DNA of 64,000 bases from positions 85,171-149,170 of the forward strand of contig CAYOWH010000001.1 of NCBI GenBank assembly GCA_964407615.1. The letters are read 5' to 3'. This DNA comes from an uncultured Bacteriovoracaceae bacterium (GTDB lineage: Bacteria > Bdellovibrionota > UBA2428). The notes beneath the pieces were generated by a model that was given only the letters and a program-made list of their open reading frames with translations, was not told the origin of the DNA and did no database searches. A program made the translations under genes and the position numbers. How positions within the stretch are numbered: position 1 is the first letter of the stretch; each line of letters starts with the position of its first letter. This document shows, one piece after another, positions 11,901 through 19,800 of the stretch.

Positions 11901-12632
11901 AATAAAGAAAGAATTACATTTAATTTTGATGATATTTTTGAAGGTTTAAGAAACATTATCAAAACTGTAAATCAACAAAATTTAAGTCCTTATGCATCTG
12001 ATAATATGTTAGGCGCTTTAATGAGCGCCGGTAACAATAGACGTTTTACAAATGAAGATTATTTAAAACTTGTTAGAAATTTTGATGTTTTAGAAGCTGC
12101 AGTAGGTTCACAAGGATTAAGTACTCCTGAACAACAAGCTCTATTTGAGAATCTATTAGGTGTTAAAAAATCTAGTGTTTTGAGTATGGTCGGCGATAAT
12201 ATTGCTAATTTATCCAATATGAAAATGACTGCTGCAACTGCTGCAATTGTTGGGACATCATATTTATTATCATCTTCATATGATACAGAAGAACTTAGAC
12301 CAGAAGAAATATTTACTGATACTAGAGTTAATGAGAAAATTAGAAATAGAGAATTAGCTCAAGTACAAAATTATAATTCAGATGTATCGGTTTCTCCAGA
12401 TTCTATGCAGAGACCTTTTTATAAAGATATGGTAGGTAGAGTTCAAAGTCCAGGCAGTACAATGCTTGCTAGAAACCAATCATATTTAATTAAAGGAAAC
12501 GTTAGAAATATTGAAGAAGCAAATTATATGAACAAGATTGCTTTGCAAAATGGAGGTAGTTCAAGTATTATGATCAATGATAACCGCAAACCATTAACTG
12601 GTGGTTATCTTGATCAACTTATGGGAGAATAA
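2967..12632 (+). CDS. Giant virion/ejection-type megaprotein (3221 aa); candidate double-psi-beta-barrel RNA polymerase and/or tape-measure-like ruler
   Basis: Single 9.67-kb ORF. N-terminal hydrophobic helix TIGGASFVLGAGYLGFA (about nt 3058-3111). Globular region to about aa 1450. K/E/N/D/L-rich helical low-complexity region at about nt 7300-11130. C-terminal region carries GRAVYPEF...ISRAAVGDFDGDIYQIIL and another hydrophobic helix (about nt 12219-12285). The function is inference. Confidence 0.55.
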   Translation: MTNPSLIYNVYKKDTEERRAFARNSFDVLKTIGGASFVLGAGYLGFANDNPDMKNPIPGVKNLTNFMNSSGRKEDKPLPTRKIGKAIRDRSISDYQARTALAKEKAKEVTLNLFDEMSNVNAKDKLDEILAAKENQRITHLSVILDMINDPELNLDDEAKGKLITKVRGAIEDSSRMSDADKADIAGFLDSIRSNKTLEEKYVSLHQKNSNVAHLIATSSKRANNGANSLLTNPFETFSTQKNVNTIYYRQNLTESSLQDDAMWSIFKDKSNQVQNTVLNRYRTISDHLRLGNNNSNFKISFDIIKEANEDAYGVYARISSTHNRASNQPLIIPLMAAEGQHGKYVRLSSDYGNAKVAHNHYFDAADFAEVSKGQNLAEKQKIARDIFNKKMPTSSFEDFAINLLKTYSSNDLHYMNQAERNSFMEVLSGLTQYYPTHGQMDFGYTGLQQKHGIQIMSNTAYFFNKGATGGKFPVDLNELVALNIGIFGPAQGQAGTIRKELKSTSFEQQAVILDPNVVLGKPGASPAIIPYNIARTHGIKDQSLLPGSARIAQLFAKPEAMLGYFPANTKFETFEEMQQQIKSSSFGRTGAIKTSATKGRDLLVVGKEFQNLDLVGANTGIIIDFNSNAKKGQRLGLADAMQYRGGMHLISEPLQKSFQYTQGMTNLSLYESDVFQKILAGKEVNLFGEELETFFKNYGDKDGNLVLGFKDNMPTLIKKQKGMMGLKLKMNTNVNTERTGMFSIAGEMYGAHEGKIFSEAVKGVFFGEEQILDEGGMKNVLAQALYKKDPVTGKFINREAAMLEASHFFEHTYMKTFGGKIESTIIAGMDIVTKGPQYASSLLYGSLKMLGYEDTFIENNIFNMKGKIQAAEMDTKVKPHAVKYQTIIAENIIETFSNLIASSTSLPTVAGGNAQPVTPEVLGNLLIPAYHNLKEPATEPGQKAVAFKDQLKGLLANTKLTKAQQEVVLETADRGFFIGALSTFAGTQSTINKDRMARVEPRFANFVMGNLMGMFQMSEDEAAEYMAELFSKQSGVAEKAQAMTPLLLMGQSLHPSMDQGALKHSIDDFVGQGYLFRADEEFTKKFLRANVDVDSATALSNFLKEQQELNPQAMGFVLDIQQMFARGVEGNENINTAAYQSFLKQIGESKTELVVPLSNVLDVVSGVEIKSNQKDLKIESELYRKVNDIFAFLRESAVSTEEVDQTNKVNQAMYHVKQLQHMLGGMQRQILAGRMSGSATLEGKGVRLGDPEKDQITRFVSDDLDNAKILQKMNAAFIESNGYNMFLDTQAFMYASKTFNAQDPTEKRELYKKFLFGMEEDVLQISDGTMRIVNSLENGSFKPQGISGINFRNPQLGMSHIALNIDMYKYIGENLPESHYSDVLNYNTRGQIFLSSLSEFMGNNQDFRNKLANSGGQNVIDYIDQSKKAAADINDAFSFLNFKSLNILNQLNKTGIFKDMKFDFQQTTMEYLTSKKNKLESNVFNLNERIFNLQTAYQRNVKGIENTLNSNVISSYENLQERIAKARFFSNQKQQKQERLAGNIQQKQDFIQTLRQQRSEMLKGNFSYTRINKDTNVEESVDRVGKGFLNYYKQKSSNIKDIKNDRNRRLQAGRLLGKDSRYAYNSLNPNMTLDSTGTSFENVGDQIKRTDALDRYYRGYGYDNTYEEAIIKNYKEIDLQSHRLKLLLTQSKRSKSNLEKLTKQRDFQKLIINSFGGHEEEILSQIEVLHQSGKNKGKPMLDKFGKPIYKTQTEKFLNLTIIHPDFPITNKEIVETFGSHEFYNRTKIKEFNKVFESMKDTMQSDEANAFFKNKKARLNLFDFLYEMNNSDLSSEERTQLENKGLGRARVAKRFIPFIDSLDDDAQKVFYEHDGSDFLKDSEGNKIRKIITFDRESKTVTRNGKERTYSGFNYIKYNIENIDENGNLIDYADPNDPNKTIVKHISDKNKQVSVNSKTVYTYLENYIQQLSSDPTEHSDLNDNPIYKAFFKIFNYKKMNEKASSINKEIKTLQEAYVHFGYSPALAEDVIQKGLNRFLNDSKLYRESLKENLNLKRPISPTEINSQAISDIFALQDFGLQQNRTLGVDTDQLDLLELPRFLHEIKDDFAELLFTSDHFKRDASDNFTAMTYDENGKLIPFSKLHKQEKKKAIESLFSFVKTLMEDPIVPTTNHFHATSMLFDLLENLKEGKYQDQITNTSNSEAKIQEFTLKKQFVESMIQGKTKGANNFVNSMLYYAQSIIPKMLIREEQEIYQARKDFLQSFFSDEYDYHVVDDEGKFVRNITDSDEDKALIKAFQDNLKQNPDQTTFGKISATRLMKPFEELDDDQKEFYKNHLENKVEEALGEKQKKALSKVKINKGYELGPDGKPDKTKPIYYDESKQYSTLEELDKDISKYEAEERTKYKVGRINKNTQLIKEEEDKLATLQEKAKEARQERINIDLSIDELENNGLSRKTSANFYYEELASDFDEYDTDGNIIKKGELKDLARDTEGKVILDSEGKPTYVNALDEVGMPITSRQPETFLGKSNIILGLEAFTEEEEINLTKYNQETDESEIVYKTNYDPETGTHIPTDEPERITVKKVNKDLLKNFIRAHNYFTEMDELIYHDFYHEEDEAYYVEHDDVRTKQEQLLEKVRNNEDNLLQKLDDFEDGNTERLLYKPILRSPGDMDLTTLEQNEKIEKLQGFIEEENAKISEIDNKIANVDLNEEKQYHSLDDIINEAVDLYDQNYTRATGLGAGRAVYPEFETTFKFENTKDPSNTFDIKVRTDISRAAVGDFDGDIYQIILNNEKTSNAFKGQIQRNVREMQKTGAMMVVNMEIAKKAMSKVAERMDVANITYQDLLKSESSKERILKAGTGSVDVAVKKVAVGAAYNLAKGNMNLNDFRKTDLAAQLLISASQESVVIKSKSLDLATNIGELFTQTLNEAFKTGDTTKFETFMRDTVFKDTDFLNDLMVTKVSVENMPEPLASAYTEGLNKERITFNFDDIFEGLRNIIKTVNQQNLSPYASDNMLGALMSAGNNRRFTNEDYLKLVRNFDVLEAAVGSQGLSTPEQQALFENLLGVKKSSVLSMVGDNIANLSNMKMTAATAAIVGTSYLLSSSYDTEELRPEEIFTDTRVNEKIRNRELAQVQNYNSDVSVSPDSMQRPFYKDMVGRVQSPGSTMLARNQSYLIKGNVRNIEEANYMNKIALQNGGSSSIMINDNRKPLTGGYLDQLMGE
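11301..11315 (+). other. DFDGD motif (aa 2779-2783 of the 3221-aa protein), RNAP beta-prime/YonO/RdRP-like metal-binding signature
   Basis: Codons gac ttt gac ggt gat are in frame. The flanking pattern R-A-x-x-P...hydrophobic strand...AAVGDFDGD resembles NADFDGD of the beta-prime double-psi beta barrel. Confidence 0.45.
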
Positions 12633-12634
12633 CC

Positions 12635-13849
12635 TTGGCTGGTTTAAACTTAAATAAAGAAATTATCAATAGAGATTATTTTGAATATACTGGTAAAATG
12701 ACTTTTTCAGAAGTAAGTAATCATTTACGAGAATTAGGAGATAATACAGGGTTTATTTTAAACGACATATTATTTCCTATACCACCTATTTCTATTCAAA
12801 TTCAAAAAGATAATTTTAATTGGGGTTACAAAACACTAAGATCTAAGACTACAACGAAAATTGTATCTGGTAGAAGTAGTGTTGGTATTCAAATCAAATT
12901 ACTATTTAATAGAGAAATGATTTTAATGTTGCATCGTTTAATTATTCAAATAAGGAACAATCCTTTTGTATGGGTGAAAAATGATTACATTAAGAATTCT
13001 ATTTTAGAAATAGATCCTAATTTAGGTTTAGATCCATCCAATCCAACTAATCTTTTTTGTACTGTAGTTGGATTTAGAATAAGTTCTTATCAAGCCGGTG
13101 TATCTTCTTTTGAAGCAGAATTAGATTTAAAATATTTCAATTATTATCCTTATTCTCCAAATTTAATGTTTAGAAAAGAATTGGAATCTTTATTGATTCC
13201 AATTTCGGATATCAAATTCTCAAGTTTTGTGTTTCCTGTTTTTGATACTAGAAGACTTGCGCAAATAAACTACACTTTAACTAATCAAACTAACACTCAA
13301 GCTGCAACTACTGAAACAAATTCAACTTCTGATTCTACTAAAAAAGAATCAGAAACATACTTTACTTCGATGTATAGAAACTTAAAGAAATATAACTTTT
13401 CATTGAGTGTCAGAGAACCTTACTTTAGCAATGTATATGTTAGATACTATAATTACTTACAAATAAAATCTTTAACTGAGAACTTTGGAATAAATTGTGT
13501 TGATCGATCTATTTTTACAAAAGAAGAAATGTTACTTTTAGAATCAGGTTTAATAGGAGATAATTTTCAAAATTTAGTAATTGGAGTTCATTCAGCATAT
13601 TTACCAGAATACATTAAAATTAAATTAATTTTAAAGATGCTAGAAAAAGATTTAAATATGAAAATTTACTGGAATCAATATTTCTATTTAAACTTACCAG
13701 GAGAAGTATTAAAAAGATATCGACAAGAAATTTTGGATGGTACTGAAAAGATTAATGATGTTGAGCAAAGACAAAAGAAAATTCTTGAAAATCAAAAGAA
13801 AATAGCAGATGCTTTGATTAAAATTTCGAAAGAAGAAGGTGTAAAATGA
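12635..13849 (+). CDS. Hypothetical tail/baseplate-associated protein (404 aa), TTG start
   Basis: The ORF begins with TTG, 6 nt after a GGGAGA Shine-Dalgarno-like sequence. Its end overlaps the next start as ATGA. N-domain, T/S/N-rich linker (TNQTNTQAATTETNSTSDSTKK), then C-domain. It sits between the two megagenes. Confidence 0.6.
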   Translation: MAGLNLNKEIINRDYFEYTGKMTFSEVSNHLRELGDNTGFILNDILFPIPPISIQIQKDNFNWGYKTLRSKTTTKIVSGRSSVGIQIKLLFNREMILMLHRLIIQIRNNPFVWVKNDYIKNSILEIDPNLGLDPSNPTNLFCTVVGFRISSYQAGVSSFEAELDLKYFNYYPYSPNLMFRKELESLLIPISDIKFSSFVFPVFDTRRLAQINYTLTNQTNTQAATTETNSTSDSTKKESETYFTSMYRNLKKYNFSLSVREPYFSNVYVRYYNYLQIKSLTENFGINCVDRSIFTKEEMLLLESGLIGDNFQNLVIGVHSAYLPEYIKIKLILKMLEKDLNMKIYWNQYFYLNLPGEVLKRYRQEILDGTEKINDVEQRQKKILENQKKIADALIKISKEEGVK

Positions 13850-16800
13850 ATGAATTAGGCGTTAAAGGATTAATGACTGCAAAAGAATGGCAAAAAAATC
13901 AACATCTTACAGATGCTGATTTTGGCGTTCCCACTGGTATTCAAGAGATTTTATATTTTTTTAAATCTAGTGTTGGCGAAGGAGAAGATAAAGATAAGAT
14001 AGTAGCAAAAGAGAACACTAGTTTTTTCCTTAATCAATTATCTATTTTAGAAAAAAAAATAAGAAAGACTATCATTATTGCTGAATATTCTTTCGGTTGT
14101 TATCCTTGCAATAATGGGTTCTATACTTTATTTGGCAACAAATTTGTAAATAATGATGCAAGAGACTTAAATGGAAGTAACCAATACATTGAACGTCCTT
14201 TTTATATTGATTCAGAAAAGAAAATTTTAATAGACTTTTTAAATCCTGTTTTTTCTTCTTCTTCTCCAGATTCTGCAGAATACTCTTTGTCTTCTTTTAG
14301 CAAAAAATATTCTATTAACTCCAATGAGGATTATCGAAAGTATTTAAAAAATAATTTTATTTTTATTATTTTTTATTCTTATGAATTCAGCTCTATAGAA
14401 TCTTTAACTAATTCTCAGTTAGATTTTTTTGCTATTGATAGAATGTCAAATAAATTTTTAAAAACTGGTTTATCTCAATACTACTATTTTAAAGACTCAC
14501 AATTAAAACATCTTTTTAACAAAAAAGATCCAAACGATGATAGTCAAAAATTGTATTTTGTTTACGGTACAGATAATAAAAGTCCAATGACACAAGGATT
14601 TTCGATTTATATTTCTAAAATAAAAGGCAATCCAAATTTTACGGAAAGACTTGCTACTCCACCTACAAGAGATATATTTGATCCTGCTTCCTTTTTTAAT
14701 AAATATAATGATTTGCAAAAACCAAATGTAACAAAAGAAGAAGCAGAAGAAAGAATAAAGAAATTTTTATTTACTTATTTAGGTATTACTGCTCCTAGTA
14801 TAAGTGCGAAACTTGACGGAGAATATTATGATATTGAAAACGAAATTATTATTCCTCCTAATCAATTTGCTAATATAATGGACAAATCCTTAAAAGCAGA
14901 TCGATATGGCACTAAAGGAGATCCAGATGCTGTAGATTCTCTTACTAAAGGGATTCCTGGATTTTTTAAGAATAAATCCATCCCCAGTCCTTTTGTAGGA
15001 ATTACTAATATAATAATACAAGAAATTCTTACAAAAGAAAAAGTAACTGGATATCAAATTTCTAAATTTACTATTAACGAATTTGATTTTTCAAAAACAT
15101 CCGATGAAGTAAACCAACTAATAGCTTCTAATTATCAAGCTTTTTTAAAAGAAAATTATAATGTAATTGCAAAAAGTTTTTATGAGACTTTCTTAAAAAA
15201 AATGTTAGAGATATCTCCTCCAGAAAAAAAAGAAATAATAGAACCAGTTGCAATTGTACCTGAATTAGCTACTCCTGAACCACCTGCACCTGCTCCTCAA
15301 CCTGAACCAGAACCAATAGTTGCTGCACCTCCTCCACCACCTCCGCCACCTGAACCTGAAATAAAGCCTGTAGTAGAAGAACCCAAACCTGTAGAGCCTT
15401 GGCCATTAAAATATCTAACTAAAGAAGATCTATCTAATTTTAAAGAAATAAATTCAGTATTAAATGGAAATGAAACAGAATCTCCATATCAACCTTGGCT
15501 AAATAAAGATTATATTTCAAACATATTTACAAAAACAAAAGTTTTACCATTAACTATCGAAGATGGTCTTGATTTTAAAACAAAAGATAATGTTTTAGTT
15601 TCTGTTTCTGGCGGTATCAATTCTTTAACTGCAAACATCCCAATTCTAGGACAAGCATATCCTACTACACAATTTCTAAGTAGTATGGAACCTAACTATC
15701 AATTAAATCTAATAGCTTCAAATAATATGCATGCAAATGGTTTGGAAGATTCGGCAAGTGATCTTCCAAATGCAATTAAGCGTTTGGAAGAAATAAATAC
15801 TACAACACTTCGAACAGCCAGAGAATATAAGTTTGTACCAGATGGTTCTAGTATTTTAGTAGATTCTTTTATTACTAGATTATTTGGTTCATTTAAAGAA
15901 GAGTATGTAATTTTAGAAAACCTAGATGATGCAAACAGCTACTATGTTACTTTAAAAAAACCTATTAATATTGAAAGTACAGAATATAGAACTTTAGAAT
16001 CTAACCCTGGTGCTTCTGCATACAGTATGCGTTTAAGTGAAACCAATGTATATGATCCTGAAGTTTTAAAAGAAGTAACGACTAATAAGAAATTAAAAAA
16101 TGATCAATTATATAATGAAGTTGTAAATTATGCTTTGATGAATTGCGATAGTTCATCTTATATGAATAGATTTGTAGACACAAAAGAAAACATTCTTGTA
16201 AATAATATTGAAACTGGAGATGTTTTTGAATGGCAAACTAAATACTTTAAATCTTGGGACTTTTTTGGTCAGTATCTTAACAAAAAAGATGAGCTTAAAA
16301 AATTATTAGAAGAAAAACAAATTGCAAGGATTGTAAATCTTAACCTTTATGATTTAGCAAGCACATACTTAGATCCTTTATTTGAAGAATTAGCAAAAGA
16401 CGCAAATTTAGCTAAATTTTTTAAAGGAATTAAAATAACTAGTGGTTTTTCTACAGATGAAGATGATACAAGAACTACTTTTTCTCAACATTATTTTGGA
16501 TCTGCTGTTGATATTGTAGTACCCAATTTTAATGCTTTGCATATTGTGAGAATATTACAAAAAATATCTAATACAGTAAATCGTAAAATTGGTATTGGAG
16601 TTTACGGGAACGATATTTTGAAAAAAAATTATTACAAAGGAATTGAAACTGATGTAGCTGACTTAACATGGTGTACCGTAATGGATGGTCAAAAAGCTAC
16701 AACAGGTTTTGTGCATGTTGATTTAAGATTAAATATGTTAGATCAATTAGAATATGATTCAAAATTAGAAACCTATGCAAATTCAAATAATACTACTGTT

Positions 16801-19800
16801 CAAAATTTAAAAACCTTTGATAAAAGGAAGTTTTCTAGTTTAACGCAAGAAGAAAAAGATACTTATTTTGCTTTAAGAAAATTGAAGATGGAGTCTTTTA
16901 AAAAAGATATCAATAATCCTAATTACGAACCAGAATATCAAAGTTCAGTTTTTTGGTCTGCTGATACTGAAGGTAGTTATGCAGTAGGATATAACGATGA
17001 AAAAATAGATGTTTTCAAAACAAACATAGCGCCAGCTGAAGCCAGTCATCAATTCACTATATATGATGTTTATTTAGGAAAAGCTTCATTATCATATCTA
17101 CATCTTTATAATTATTTTGATCAAAATTATTATAATAATAATGAAATATTTATTAACAAAAGCAATGATATGAATCATATGAATCAGTACTATAAATCTT
17201 TATTTACTTCTTTTAGAAGTTCAATCATTAATACTGAAACAAATACTCCTTTAGATAGTGATGATGTAAATAATATAGATGACGTAGATGCAGATATCGA
17301 TACTGATATAGTTAAAACAACAAACAGTTTAGAATTTTCTAAAGAGACATCTCTTTATGATGAGAGTCTTAGACAAGAAAAATTCTTTAATCAGTTAGAT
17401 GAGCTATTCAATAGAGATACAATCGATTATGTTTTAGGTATTAATTATGAACAAAAGAAATTCTCAGAACTAGAAGATCCAGTAAAACAAAAATTAATGA
17501 GTTCAAATGTTACAAATGAATCTCCAGTATATATATATGATATAGATAATGGGAGCGAGCTAATTTCTTCTGAAAAATACAATGATTTTTATCATAAATA
17601 CAGAGCCGCTAATCCACAGTTAAGTTCAACTGCTACTGAGGTTCTTACAGCTTATTTTAAAGAAAATAAAATAGATGCATATGTAGAAGAAGATGACAAA
17701 TCAATATTTACAGATTATAAAATATATATATTGGATCCTTTAACTACATCTACTTTTACTAAAAGACAAACTTCAAATGCAGCTGAAGAAATAAAAGTTA
17801 AAAAACTTTTAACTATGATTTGCGATTTTCATTTACTAGCTGGAATTCTATTAATTGAACCTTACGTTTATCTAGATGATGAAAAAGAAATTAAAAAAGA
17901 AATAGCTAGATTTAATTCTACTTTTTATGGAATAAGTGTTGTTCCTTTGTACTTTAATAATTTGTATTATGCTATTACTGGATTAAGCTTAGAGTCATAT
18001 CAAAACGAAGGTATACAACCATACAATCAACAAGAATTGTTAGGGAAAAAAAATCAATTAACAAATTTCTTAAGTAATGATGGTATAAATTCTAAAAGTT
18101 ATGTTTCTAAATTCACAAAAACAAAAGATGATTGGACGATTAGTCGTAAACTTGAATCTACGACTGCATTTATTGCAGTCGCTACTCTCATAGGGGCAGT
18201 TGCACTTTCGGTAATAAGTGCTCCAGCACTTATTTTAGGTATGATTTTTGCAGGATATACAATGTATCAAGGTCTTGAATCTGCTGAAAAAGATAGGACT
18301 GGATTGATATTTGGAAGAGGATCAAGTCATGAATTATATAGTTCAAATTGGTTTAATTTAGCGTTATTAAAAGGTGTTATTTTAGATTCTTCTGGAGTTA
18401 ATGGATCTTTGACTAATAGTGAGCGATTAGGAATTTCAATTTTAAATCAAATTTATACTCAAATTGAGTATGATAAAGATTTGAATTTTAATTTGCAAAC
18501 TCTTTATAGCAAAATGAACAATGGAGAAGAGATCTGGGACTTTACTACTGATATAGTAAAACAATACTTAATAGAAAATCCTATAATTTTAAAATATAGT
18601 AAATTAAGTAAATATTTTAAAGAGAGCAATCAAGGTTTAACTTTTTCTTTAAGTAATATTATTGATCAGAATTTTTTTGAAAATGAAGAAAAAAAAGAAA
18701 AAAGTGGTTTAATTAATAATGGTTTTACAGAATCAAGTTTTGCACAAGATTGGTTAAAGTATATTTTAGGTTTTCCTTACCAAGAAGGGTTGCCATATTT
18801 TAAAGAAAATCATACTATTCAAATTGATAATGTTAAAAAAAATCAATCTAAAGATTCTAACAATATTCAATTTGAATATTTTTCAGGAATACTTGATGAA
18901 GTTAACGAAATATTTGAAGAAACTGATGCTTTGATTCCAAAAATTAGCATGGAAGAGAAAAAAGAAGAATTAAATAAAAATAAATCAGAATTTGAAGAAA
19001 AAATAAAATCTTTAGAAGAAAGCAAAACTGAAATTAATTTAAGGATAAAAAAAGCAAAAGATGATTTTTCCAAAGATAAAACGGTTACAGCTCTTGATGG
19101 ATTGAAACGTTCTACTTTTGAGGATAATTTAAAATTATTAAATGAAGAATTAAATAAAAATCTTGAAGATAGTAAACCTATTATTGAGAAATTAAAAGAA
19201 ATTAACAATAATATAAAGAAGTTAGACACTTCTTTATATTTAAAAGATATTTTTGAACAAGGAAAAGAACTTTATAAAAATACAAACATTAATATATTAT
19301 ATCCTTCGGGAGAGACTACTGTTTCAAATTTAGCTAATGTTGATTGGACATCTCTTTATTCTTTTTTTAGTACTATTCCTTTACCAGATAAACCAGATGC
19401 AAGAAATGATGTATTAAAAAATTTCAAACAAAAACTTACTTTAACTGACAATTTTATTTCAATTTTCTTAGGAGAAAGAAAATATGTGCAAAGGCCTAAC
19501 CATGTGAAAGAGCCTGGCAAATATTTCTTTTTTTCACAATCGCAAAATGTAATAGTAGAAGATTTTTTGCAAAGTTTTGCACTTTATTCAAATGAAACTA
19601 AAGAAAAATATGTTTTAGATGAAAGTAAATTACAAAACAATTTCTATTTCGAAGATGAAATAAATAAATTGTATAATAAGAATGAGTTTTTTACTGCTAA
19701 TTATCAATATAACAGATCTAACAAAGATTTGAAATATGAAAATTTAAAAGATTTATTTTTTAATATTCCTTCTGGATTAAAACAAGGAATTTGCACAGCT

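Noticed and set aside
15259-15399. GC-rich 140-bp patch as a foreign insertion or a nucleotide-level tandem repeat
   Set aside because: It is in frame and translates to a Pro/Glu/Ala linker. The GC excess follows from CCN and GCN codons, and the units are not exact nucleotide repeats.
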